A DNA stretch of 63,432 nt, the filler included. It is 7 parts of 7 records of this genome, joined end to end, with 100 filler letters (N's around TTAATTAATTAA, not from the genome) between each part and the next. Parts side by side here need not be neighbours in the genome. Positions count along the whole stretch, not along the records: positions 14,007 to 39,746 come from SRR20825010_5460; positions 39,847 to 47,885 come from SRR20825010_5467; 5 more parts are not named here. One strand, given 5' to 3'. This document shows positions 32,428 to 43,462 of the stretch, piece after piece (the stretch's first letter is position 1; the number at the start of each line of letters is the position of its first letter). The notes under the pieces are model-generated. The model saw only the letters and a list, made by a program, of their open reading frames with translations, did no database searches and had not been told where the DNA came from. The position numbers and the translations under genes are program-made.

Positions 32428-33626
32428 ACCCCGACCTGGACAGGCTACACCCCTACCCGTTCGAGAAATTGACCAAACTCAAGTCCGGCATCAGCGTTCC
32501 CAAGGACCTGACGTCGATTTCCCTGGGCATTGGTGAGCCCAAGCATCCGTCTCCGGAATTCGTCAAACAGGTGATCTCGGATAATCTGGACAAACTCGCC
32601 AATTACCCTACAACGAAAGGCACCGACGAACTGCGTCAGGCCATCGCGCGCTGGGCCACCCGCCGCTTTGAACTGACACTCGGATCACTGACGCCTGAGC
32701 ACCATATCGTTCCGGTGAATGGCACTCGCGAAGGCATCTTCTCGCTGGTGCAATCGGTGGTGGAATCCAGCCAGAGCGCCACCGTGGTCAGCCCCAACCC
32801 GTTTTACCAGGTCTACGAAGGCGCTGCGTTCCTCGCCGGCGCAACGCCCCATTACCTTGCCTGCGACGCAGACAGCCATTTTATACCGGACTTTGACAAG
32901 GTTCCGAAATCCGTATGGAAAGACTGCCAGGTACTGTTCCTGTGCTCACCGGGCAACCCCAGCGGTTCGGTGATTCCCCGGGAGACATTGGCGCGGGTCA
33001 TCGAACTGGCGGACGAGCATGACTTCATCGTCGCGTCCGATGAATGCTATTCCGAGCTCTACCCGGACGAACGTCAGCCGCCGGAAGGATTACTGCAAAC
33101 CTGTGCCGCTATTGGCCGCAACGATTTCGCCCGCTGCGTCGTGTTCCACAGCCTGTCGAAGCGGAGCAACTTGCCGGGCCTGCGGTCCGGTTTCGTGGCC
33201 GGCGATGCCGATATCCTCAAAGGCTATCTCAAATACCGCACCTACCATGGCTGCGCCATGCCCATACACAACCAGCTGGCGAGCATTGCCGCCTGGAGCG
33301 ATGAAGACCACGTGCGGGAGAACCGGGCGGCCTACCGCGCCAAGTTTGAGGCGGTGGTACCCATCCTGCGGGAAGTGATGAACGTGGACTTTCCCGATGC
33401 CGGGTTCTACCTCTGGCCGGAAACCCCAATGGACGACGAAACGTTCGCGCGGGAACTGTCGGCCCAGCAGAATGTGCACGTGCTCCCCGGGCGTTACCTC
33501 TCTCGCACTGTCGATGGCCATAATCCTGGCGAAAACCGGGTAAGAATGGCCCTGGTGGCGCCAGTTGAAGAATGCGTGGAAGCGGCCAAACGCATTGTGA
33601 CTTTTGTAAAGGCAAACAGGACATGA
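32424..33626 (+). CDS. dapC: Succinyldiaminopimelate transaminase
   Basis: PYPFEKL, SDECYSE, SLSKRSNLPGLRSG; sits in the glnD-dapD context. Confidence 0.93.
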   Translation: MNPDLDRLHPYPFEKLTKLKSGISVPKDLTSISLGIGEPKHPSPEFVKQVISDNLDKLANYPTTKGTDELRQAIARWATRRFELTLGSLTPEHHIVPVNGTREGIFSLVQSVVESSQSATVVSPNPFYQVYEGAAFLAGATPHYLACDADSHFIPDFDKVPKSVWKDCQVLFLCSPGNPSGSVIPRETLARVIELADEHDFIVASDECYSELYPDERQPPEGLLQTCAAIGRNDFARCVVFHSLSKRSNLPGLRSGFVAGDADILKGYLKYRTYHGCAMPIHNQLASIAAWSDEDHVRENRAAYRAKFEAVVPILREVMNVDFPDAGFYLWPETPMDDETFARELSAQQNVHVLPGRYLSRTVDGHNPGENRVRMALVAPVEECVEAAKRIVTFVKANRT

Positions 33627-33967
33627 AACTCTACGGCATCCGAAATTGCGACACCGTCAAGAAAGCCCGGAAATGGCTGGACGACGCCGGCATCGACTAC
33701 GAATTCCACGACTTCAAGAAGGACGGACTGGACACTGCCCGGCTCAGCCAATGGGAGCAGGCGGCCGGCTGGGAGGTGTTACTGAACCGTCGCGGCACCA
33801 CGTGGCGCAAACTTCCGGACGAGGTTCGTGATAATATTAGCGCCCAATCCGCCCACGACCTGATGCTCGACAATCCGTCCATCATCAAGCGGCCCGTGGT
33901 TGAGCACGGCGACACGGTCAGCGTCGGCTTTAGTGCCGATGAGTGGGCCGAACGATTCAAACACTGA
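33623..33967 (+). CDS. ArsC/Spx-family protein (YffB-like)
   Basis: YGIRNCDTVKKARKWL, IKRPV; ATGA overlap with dapC. Confidence 0.9.
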   Translation: MKLYGIRNCDTVKKARKWLDDAGIDYEFHDFKKDGLDTARLSQWEQAAGWEVLLNRRGTTWRKLPDEVRDNISAQSAHDLMLDNPSIIKRPVVEHGDTVSVGFSADEWAERFKH

Positions 33968-33984
33968 GAACCAGGAGCACATCA

Positions 33985-36148
<2,164 letters not shown>

Positions 36149-36367
36149 TCAGTAGTGGGGAGGAGGCGTTTCGTCCTCCTCCTTTCTGATGTTCGATGAC
36201 GACACTTCCTTGAGCTGAGTGTTCAGCTGCTTCTTCGCCTCCCAGAGTTCCCGGATATCCAGTTCCTGACGGGCCACCTGCTCGCTCAGGGTATGAATGA
36301 TGTCGTCCTGGAATGCCAGACGCGTTTCCAGTTCGTCCAGCCGGGCTTGCAGATCTTTGTCGCTCAT
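36149..36367 (-). CDS. slyX: SlyX family protein
   Basis: LETRLAFQDD and C-terminal PPPHY. Confidence 0.92.
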   Translation of the reverse strand: MSDKDLQARLDELETRLAFQDDIIHTLSEQVARQELDIRELWEAKKQLNTQLKEVSSSNIRKEEDETPPPHY

Positions 36368-36593
36368 AAGGTTTTTGGTTCTCCGGGAAGGATTCCCATC
36401 AAGGTATTGTGTGATCAATTTGGTGTCGGCGGACACGCCGCTTGGTCAGCGCTCCCCGTTATCTGGTATCATCCCGCTTTTGCCCGCCGGGGAACCTGCA
36501 AGACCCGTTTATGTCCTGCTGGCCCCAGCGGTTTTCACCGCCGGAGACCCGATTTTACCCGATATCCGGCTCTTTATCGTTAGCGTTAGATGA

Positions 36594-37193
36594 ATGGAGA
36601 AACTTCAGTCCATGCAAAACCCAGCAAAAGCGATCGTCCTTGCTCTCCTGGTCGCGATTCCGTCACCTTTTATCCTCGGCTTTCTGTTGGTGACTTTCAC
36701 CCCGGAACTCTTCCAGATTCTGTCTCAGGCCGGCACTAGCGAGGAAGCAACCAGTACCACGTTTGTATTGGGCAGCGCCCAGGGCATCGCAGCCTATATT
36801 ATTGCGGTTGTCCTTTTCGGCCTGGCAGGCTTCGTTACCGTCGCTCTGGCAGCCAAGAAACCCTCAGCCGTGAAGCAGCAAGCGCCTCGCGCCAGCACGG
36901 CACCTCGCCAGCCGGCCCCGCGCAAGCAGCAATCCCAACCGGATTACGAGGACGACGATGACTACGACGACAGCACCCCTGAAGGCAATGAGGAAGGCAC
37001 CGTCAAGTGGTTCAACGTCAAGAAAGGCTTCGGGTTTATCGTTCGCGATAGCGGCGATGAAGTCTTTGTACACTTCCGCGCCATTCGTGGCCGTGGCCGC
37101 CGGGTATTGCGCCAGGGCCAACTGGTCCGGTTCAGCGTTGTCGAAGCGGACAAGGGCCTTCAGGCGGACAACGTGTCCATCCTGAGCGACTGA
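36594..37193 (+). CDS. Cold-shock domain protein with N-terminal transmembrane hairpin; start may be 36612
   Basis: Two hydrophobic helices, low-complexity linker, GTVKWFN..KGFGFI (RNP1) and VFVHF (RNP2). Confidence 0.9.
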   Translation: MEKLQSMQNPAKAIVLALLVAIPSPFILGFLLVTFTPELFQILSQAGTSEEATSTTFVLGSAQGIAAYIIAVVLFGLAGFVTVALAAKKPSAVKQQAPRASTAPRQPAPRKQQSQPDYEDDDDYDDSTPEGNEEGTVKWFNVKKGFGFIVRDSGDEVFVHFRAIRGRGRRVLRQGQLVRFSVVEADKGLQADNVSILSD

Positions 37194-37213
37194 TCCACGA
37201 GAACGTGCATCAC

Positions 37214-37249
37214 AAAAAAGGGGGCAGCCAACCGGCTGCCCCCTTTTTT
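37214..37249. terminator. Bidirectional intrinsic terminator
   Basis: AAAAAA-GGGGGCAGCC-aacc-GGCTGCCCCC-TTTTTT between convergent genes. Confidence 0.92.
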
Positions 37250-37264
37250 ATTGCTGTGAATAAC

Positions 37265-37642
37265 TCAGTTCCAGACCGCCAGTTGCTCTCCGCGCTGATC
37301 CAGCCGCCACCATTTCTCATCCTCCACGGGCTCCCCTTCTTTCCAGTCACCGGGGCTGCAGCGAATCTCGGTATCCATGGCGCGCCAGGCACTCCGGGCG
37401 CAATCAAGGTCGGACACCCAGGGCAGATCCTCACCCTCCAGGATCACAGAGGTGTATCGCTTGCCACCTGCACCGGGGTACAGATTAATGCGGACTCTAT
37501 GCGCCCGATAATGAGCTGATCCTTTCACCGCCCTGTCACCCAGCGCGTCATCCCTGAGCTCAATGTCGTCCAGATGACTGGCAAGCCAGCTCGATACCGC
37601 TGACGACTCCAGGTCACGAATGTAGATTTCGAGATCCCGCAC
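37265..37642 (-). CDS. Hypothetical protein (GTG start)
   Basis: AGGAG RBS upstream of the GTG; DLEIYIRD...PWVSDLDCAR...EIRCSPG; overlaps the end of the Clp-like gene. Confidence 0.75.
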   Translation of the reverse strand: MRDLEIYIRDLESSAVSSWLASHLDDIELRDDALGDRAVKGSAHYRAHRVRINLYPGAGGKRYTSVILEGEDLPWVSDLDCARSAWRAMDTEIRCSPGDWKEGEPVEDEKWWRLDQRGEQLAVWN

Positions 37643-39020
37643 CTTCTGTTTCTCCTGCCGGTTGATCACAATGGACCACATAGTGAACCGGCCCGGGGCG
37701 AGCTGCAACCCAGCGTTCGAGTTCATGGCGAAGGTCATCCGTTTTCAGGGTCCTGAGCGTGCCCTCTGCTTTTCGCTCGTGCCACGCCACCTCCGCCGCC
37801 GCACGCTCAACGGCCAGGCTTTCAAGGGATCGCTCCAGTGCCTCTGTCGGTTGTTGCCTGGCCATTGCCACCAGTGACTGTCGCCGCAGCGTATCGGTTC
37901 TACCAGCGAGCGCCATACCCTCAATAGGGCCTCGCTCGGCAAACAGGTTCAACCGGGCGGCTGCGCGCTCCACCCACTGGATCATACCGCCAGGAGACCC
38001 GACCAGCCGACTCCGGCTTGAAGCGGCATAACGGATCAGCGTTTGGGATAATTCTATGTTCCAGCGCTTTTCAATCGCTGGCTGATGAGCCGTCAGGATG
38101 GCAACCTTCTGGCCGGTACTCGTGCCGGGCATGTCAAAGATATCGAAGTCCCGCCCCAGGCAACGCTCCAATTGCCCAACGGCAGCCTCTGCTTCCGGTG
38201 AGTCTGGCCCCAGCATGACCACGGGGCCCGGATATCCGGTAACCAGACTGCGGGCCACGCTGAGCTCGGGCGCCATCATTGCAGCCAGGTCCGCCGGAGA
38301 AACGTTATCCAGAACCAGCGCGGGATAATCCTTGCAGTCGATGCCTTTGGACGGGATGGCGGGATTCTCACTGGCCATGATTTCCGCCTCATTGCGAAGG
38401 TCCAACCTTATAAAACCACAATACAGGAACGGCAATAGTGCCTGTAGCCAACTGGTTTTACCGGTACCCCTCGCCCCTCTCACCCACACCAGTGCTCTTG
38501 GAACCGAGACCAGGGTAATCGATACATCTTCCGCCAGCTCCAGCCATTCCAGGTCTGTAATCACAACGGGCGTATCGCCTTTGTCGGAGGTTTCGGCGAC
38601 TTGCTGCTGTTCGTCCGCAGCGGGCCACCGGTCAACCAGTTCCAACACCGCAACGTAGGCTTTCTCCTGCAGGCGTTCGGCGTTACGAGTCAGCACCGAC
38701 AACAGGATGGGCCAGTCCAGCCAGGGGGCATTGCTCAGTTCGCGGGCGGAAGAAAACCAGTACATGAGCTGTGAGGACAACTGGCCCTCTCCGCCCACTT
38801 CGGTCACGATGGGTTGCTCACATTGGATGGTGCGGGTCAGTTCGTCAAGATCAACACCGCGGCTGCGCAGGAATCCGCAGATGGCAGGTTCACCATCCAG
38901 CAGCGCCAACAGGAAATCCTCAACGGTGATGGCATAACCGCCTCGCTGGGCAACGCTGTCACGCGCCCGTTGCAGTGCGGTTTGACAGAGGGGGCTCAGG
39001 CATCCTTGCCAGTCTTCCAT
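37614..39020 (-). CDS. Truncated ClpV/ClpB-like protein (N-domain, one AAA module, short coiled coil)
   Basis: Clp-N-like start, Walker A GARGTGKT, degenerate Walker B LVLDN, lid-like helices; no second AAA module. Confidence 0.7.
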   Translation of the reverse strand: MEDWQGCLSPLCQTALQRARDSVAQRGGYAITVEDFLLALLDGEPAICGFLRSRGVDLDELTRTIQCEQPIVTEVGGEGQLSSQLMYWFSSARELSNAPWLDWPILLSVLTRNAERLQEKAYVAVLELVDRWPAADEQQQVAETSDKGDTPVVITDLEWLELAEDVSITLVSVPRALVWVRGARGTGKTSWLQALLPFLYCGFIRLDLRNEAEIMASENPAIPSKGIDCKDYPALVLDNVSPADLAAMMAPELSVARSLVTGYPGPVVMLGPDSPEAEAAVGQLERCLGRDFDIFDMPGTSTGQKVAILTAHQPAIEKRWNIELSQTLIRYAASSRSRLVGSPGGMIQWVERAAARLNLFAERGPIEGMALAGRTDTLRRQSLVAMARQQPTEALERSLESLAVERAAAEVAWHERKAEGTLRTLKTDDLRHELERWVAARPGPVHYVVHCDQPAGETEGAGSRNLHS

Positions 39021-39073
39021 TCACTTCTCCTTGTGTGTCGGGCATCATCCTGATGCCGTTTCATGTAGATCGA

Positions 39074-39746
39074 TCAGACCCGGTTGTAGGTGTCCTCGAA
39101 ACGCACAATGTCGTCTTCACCCAGGTAGCTACCCGTCTGCACTTCAATCAGTTCCAGGGGAATAACGCCAGGGTTGGTCAGCCGATGGGTCACACCCAAC
39201 GGAATGTAGGTGGACTGGTCCTCGGTCAGCAACAACACATCGTCGCCGCGGTTGACCGTGGCCGTTCCCTTCACCACCACCCAGTGCTCGGCACGATGAT
39301 GATGTTTCTGCAGTGACAGCGACGCGCCCGGCTTAACCGTAATGCGCTTGACCTGGAAACGTTCCCCCATGGCGATACCTTCATAGGTACCCCAGGGGCG
39401 GTGGACCTTCTTATGGAAGCGGTGTTCATGGCGGCCCTGAGCCTTGACCTGGGCAACCAGCTTCTTCACATCCTGAACCCGACCACGATCGGCCACCAAT
39501 ACCACATCATCCGTTTCAACGATGACGTGATCCGTAATACCCAGCGCCGCAATCAGACGGCCCTCTGAGTGAATGTAGGAGCCGGAAACGTCTTCGGTAA
39601 TCACATCTCCCCGGCACACGTTGTTGTTCTCATCGTGGGGCTGGATATCCCAAAGCGCGGACCAGGAGCCCACATCCGACCACCCGGCATCCAGGGGCAC
39701 CACCACCGCATCGTGAGTCTTTTCCATCACCGCATAGTCGATGGAA
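39074..39746 (-). CDS. manC: Mannose-1-phosphate guanylyltransferase/mannose-6-phosphate isomerase (5'-partial)
   Basis: [34 protein letters not shown] cupin. Confidence 0.93.
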
Positions 39747-39846
39747 NNNNNNNNNNNNNNNNNNNNNNNNNNNNNNNNNNNNNNNNNNNNTTAATTAATT
39801 AANNNNNNNNNNNNNNNNNNNNNNNNNNNNNNNNNNNNNNNNNNNN
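39747..39846. other. Artificial contig spacer
   Basis: N44-TTAATTAATTAA-N44. Confidence 0.99.
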
Positions 39847-39847
39847 T

Positions 39848-39964
39848 GTAAGACCTCCTAAAAAGGAGCCTTATGGGATTGTGGCCGTGTTTCAAGATCT
39901 TTATGGCAATTTATGGGATCTGTTGGAGCCTAATGAGAAGAATAAAGGTGTGATTATACAATAG
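39848..39964 (+). CDS. C-terminus of a VOC/glyoxalase family protein (5'-partial; absent from the ORF track)
   Basis: Manual translation: VRPPKKEPYGIVAVFQDLYGNLWDLLEPNEKNKGVIIQ*. Confidence 0.85.
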   Translation, partial: VRPPKKEPYGIVAVFQDLYGNLWDLLEPNEKNKGVIIQ

Positions 39965-39986
39965 AAATATAAGTTCAAATAAACGA

Positions 39987-40522
39987 TATACAAAAAAATA
40001 TTTTTTCCTTATCCGTTTTATATTGTTGGGCAAAATTGCATGTTCGCAGGCTAGCAATGAGAATAAGGAAAGTATTATCGATTATTTGAATAACATTTCC
40101 TATCCAGAGTTTTCAAATGTAGTACTTTTAGCAGAAAGGGACAGTGTTCTTTTTGAAAAGGCGTAGGGCTATTCTAGTATTGAATATGAAGTTGAAAATA
40201 AAATCAATACACTTTTCAACATAGCATCAATAACAAAAGAAATGACTGCTGAAGCAACTCTTCAATTGGTTGACAAAGGTCTATTGGACTTGGATACTCC
40301 AGTAGGTAAGTACTTGCAGGATATCCCAACACGACAGTACATGATTCTGTAACAGCGTATCAACTTTTGACCCATACCGCTGGATTGAACAATTTTCTGG
40401 TTGATGATGTCAGGGATATGGGTAAAAACCTAAAGGCTCTTAAGGATTATCTGCCTCTGTTTGATTCTCTTAGTAAAAACGATTCGTATCTTGCTTTAGC
40501 TAATCCAGCAGTGTTCTATTAA
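39987..40522 (+). pseudogene. Beta-lactamase-family serine hydrolase pseudogene
   Basis: FNIASITK (SxxK) and QLLTHTAG lie in different frames; in-frame TAG at 40164-40166; frameshift near 40322; no start codon; truncated. Confidence 0.85.
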
Positions 40523-40548
40523 TTAACAGCAAAGGACTTTTTGAGGTC

Positions 40549-41040
40549 TTGATGGATTATCGACTGATTTCTGAGTCCTTGACCAAAAAAATGGAGGAAA
40601 AGCAACACACAAGATTGAAAAAGAAAATCACCGCATATCCGGAAATCCGGAGAGGCCAGCTCTGGAGTGTAGATGGGGAGGCCTATGAACTTATCGATAT
40701 ACGGGTCACCGCAGTGGAGTCGCCTACCAAGTTTTTGACCACCGCTTTTTTCAGCAGCAAGGAACCAATGAGCACCAATCCCTTTTTTGAGGAAAAGGTA
40801 AGCAAGGTGCTTTCCGATCCCGCCTTCAGGTTACTTGTTCCTTGGGGCACAAAGGAGCTGGGTGAATGGGTCCAAAAGATTCCCGGGGGGGTAAGCACAA
40901 GACTGCACAATATATTGTGGAACCTGTGCAAGGAAGCCCAGATCTCCCCTTTGGACCTTTCAAAGGACGAATTCCTCTCATTGGATAATGCTGGCAGAAA
41001 GACTTGGGAAGAGTACGAGAGAGTCAGGAAAATAAGATAA
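40549..41040 (+). CDS. Hypothetical protein with a C-terminal RNAP alpha-CTD-like helix-hairpin-helix
   Basis: VSTRLHNIL...LSKDEFLSLDNAGRKTWEEY resembles alpha-CTD LTVRSANCL...TEVELLKTPNLGKKSLTEI. Confidence 0.6.
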   Translation: MMDYRLISESLTKKMEEKQHTRLKKKITAYPEIRRGQLWSVDGEAYELIDIRVTAVESPTKFLTTAFFSSKEPMSTNPFFEEKVSKVLSDPAFRLLVPWGTKELGEWVQKIPGGVSTRLHNILWNLCKEAQISPLDLSKDEFLSLDNAGRKTWEEYERVRKIR

Positions 41041-41042
41041 CG

Positions 41043-41393
41043 ATGATGGAAAACAAAAACGGAAAGAACAGGGATTCGATTATGACATTGATTTCTCAAA
41101 TGGGAACCCCACAGGTCCAAAGGGACTTCAACGATATGGAGTTTCAGATGGACTTCATCAATTCAGAGGTGTCGGTCCGGCCTGGCCTGGTGGACTATCT
41201 CAATGAGAACAGTTCTAGGTTACAGCACCTGTTGAACGAGAATCCCAGTCTGATGAGATGGTGGTTCGACGACCTTTCCAAGGCACTTTCGGTCATGAAG
41301 GAGGTATTGGAACGGTTCGACGGTTTTGAAGTCTCCCATAGGCTAGTGTGTCTGGAGAAAAATGTTCTGTTGTTACAGGTCGGGGACATCTGA
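41043..41393 (+). CDS. Hypothetical helical protein
   Basis: ATG 2 nt after the previous stop, suggesting co-transcription. Confidence 0.65.
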   Translation: MMENKNGKNRDSIMTLISQMGTPQVQRDFNDMEFQMDFINSEVSVRPGLVDYLNENSSRLQHLLNENPSLMRWWFDDLSKALSVMKEVLERFDGFEVSHRLVCLEKNVLLLQVGDI

Positions 41394-41428
41394 GGAGGAC
41401 GGCCACTGACTTTTTCGAAATGCAATGA

Positions 41429-41869
41429 TCATTCTTTGAGTTTGTAAACCAATTCAGCTCCATCACATGCGAGTGCTGATATTATAAGAATATCATTTGA
41501 TCTTAAAATCGCTTTTTCCACACTCTTGTTGGAACAGCTCTGAATGAGCACGTTTTCATTTTTATATTCTAGGGCAATGATAGGCTCTTTTTGGTCATCA
41601 TCGATAATATAGTAACCTTCCATTTTTTGGGTGTCTCCATTTTGCACAATTATTTTGGTAAATTGGGTACTTGAATTGAATACCAATGCCTCATTTTTCC
41701 CGATTGAGGCTTTATCCAGAACTTCTCCAGAGAGTCCATAGGTTATTTGTTCGAGTTCAAACCTTAAGGGAAAATCTTCGGACAATGCAGTATTCATATT
41801 TAGATCATTTTCACTTGAACAAGATTCCATGATCAGCAAAACACAAAAAAACATTAGGATACTTCTCAT
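41429..41869 (-). CDS. Putative lipoprotein
   Basis: MRSILMFFCVLLIMES-C signal followed by SSEND. Confidence 0.7.
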   Translation of the reverse strand: MRSILMFFCVLLIMESCSSENDLNMNTALSEDFPLRFELEQITYGLSGEVLDKASIGKNEALVFNSSTQFTKIIVQNGDTQKMEGYYIIDDDQKEPIIALEYKNENVLIQSCSNKSVEKAILRSNDILIISALACDGAELVYKLKE

Positions 41870-41998
41870 ATCCTTATGATGTGTATTTTATAAAAAGTTG
41901 CTAGATTGGAGTAGTTTTTTAAGAAAATCTTTGGGAATGATGAAAATCAGGACATTGTATAATAAGGAGTTTAAAAAGGATTCTACTAAAAGATTTTA

Positions 41999-42307
41999 AT
42001 GATCAAAAACTTAAAATTGGTACTTATATCGGTAACAATTCTATTATCGTCGTGCAGTAAGGAGGCCGAAGAGCCCAAGCCCCAAAAATTTGCCGTATTC
42101 ATTGAAACGGTGTGTGAGCAAGAGTCTTCTATACTTTGTGTGTCGGAAGAAGAATTCAGACGTGTCCTGAAAATTTTTACAGACTATGAAAATGGACCTG
42201 ACCTTGATTGCTGGCCGATTACGGTCACGGATATAAATGGTACAGTCCATCAGGGCTTTCTTAGGGGATTGACTCCGGCCCGGGACGACGTGCCTTGTGT
42301 TCAATAA
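41999..42307 (+). CDS. Putative lipoprotein, Cys-containing
   Basis: Lipobox LLSS-C followed by SKEAEE; four further Cys. Confidence 0.75.
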   Translation: MIKNLKLVLISVTILLSSCSKEAEEPKPQKFAVFIETVCEQESSILCVSEEEFRRVLKIFTDYENGPDLDCWPITVTDINGTVHQGFLRGLTPARDDVPCVQ

Positions 42308-42355
42308 GTGAATAATTGAAAAGATTTTTTAAAAGTTCAAGTAAATAATCCCAAC

Positions 42356-42577
42356 ATGGAAAATAAAATAGTGATCGACCTGGAGAAATTCAAAGGCCAA
42401 TCCCCACGTGATCTAAAGACTCACATAGAACAAGCTCTTTCCAATATAAAATGTTATGTGGAAGTTCCCGGGCCAAATCAAACAACCAGACTAAAAGATT
42501 TCAGGCCATTCAGGACCATTGACATAAAAACGGACTATGAACAGTATAGGTTAGTTGATGTGATCAACGAAAATTAA
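42356..42577 (+). CDS. Small hypothetical protein (73 aa)
   Basis: ATG-initiated ORF ending 14 nt before the next gene. Confidence 0.6.
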   Translation: MENKIVIDLEKFKGQSPRDLKTHIEQALSNIKCYVEVPGPNQTTRLKDFRPFRTIDIKTDYEQYRLVDVINEN

Positions 42578-42591
42578 AGTCCAATGAAACG

Positions 42592-43092
42592 ATGAAACTG
42601 ATCAGAGAAGGCGCTTTTTTAACTGAATTGATTTTCCAAGCCGAACTTGTATCAAACTCTTATCGGCGATTGAAAGGTTCTGTGGATGGATTTGATAAAA
42701 TTTCTGTTTGGTCGGATATTCAATCCATTTTGATATCATCTGGCAATATCTCTAAAATTCTATGGCCAACAAAGAAATATAGAGAAAGGGGCGAACAACT
42801 TAGGCAACTTCTGGAAATCGGCTCTGAAAGTGTTTTGAAAAGTAGAAAAATCAGGAACCGATTTGAGCACTATGATGAATTTTTGGATGATTTTTTCAAA
42901 GACAAGGATATTTGTTCCTATACCGATCTGGCAATGAACCCCTCGTTAAGCCCATTTATAGGTGGATCTTGTCACAGAGGGTATAACTCCTACAACAATA
43001 CCCTTGTGATCCATGGAGAAATCCTGGACTTAAATGATATTGTAGCCGCTGTTGAAAAAGTAAGGCTTAAGTGCAAAAGCTTATTTCTCTGA
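42592..43092 (+). CDS. Putative HEPN-like protein
   Basis: Helical protein with R-X4-H (IRNRFEHYD). Confidence 0.6.
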   Translation: MKLIREGAFLTELIFQAELVSNSYRRLKGSVDGFDKISVWSDIQSILISSGNISKILWPTKKYRERGEQLRQLLEIGSESVLKSRKIRNRFEHYDEFLDDFFKDKDICSYTDLAMNPSLSPFIGGSCHRGYNSYNNTLVIHGEILDLNDIVAAVEKVRLKCKSLFL

Positions 43093-43462
43093 TTTTACAT
43101 TTCTTGACCATCAATAATAAGTTTGGTGTAACTTAGATAAGTAAATGCTATAAAATAGAGGGCATTACAAGTCTAACACTCGAGAAATAATGAAGATGGA
43201 ACTAAAAATGGGAAAACGTGCAAGGGGAATATCCATTAAAACTTTTCCCTATCCGGTGTGGTTTCCAGTAAGATTTTGAATCGCCAAGTACAATTTGAAT
43301 TTTCACCTGAACGAGATTTTATAATTTAAAAGCAAAAGGTTCGGCGATTTTTTTATATACTCAACAACAATAAAATCATCAACCCACGTAAATCAGTCAT
43401 AGCTTTTTTGTAATTGACATTTGGTAGAGGCTTCATTCAGCTCAAAGACATTTTAAGAGGTT

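Noticed and set aside
43300..43436. Approximately 44-codon minus-strand ORF (MKPLPNVNYKKAMTD...)
   Set aside because: Too short and featureless to distinguish from chance
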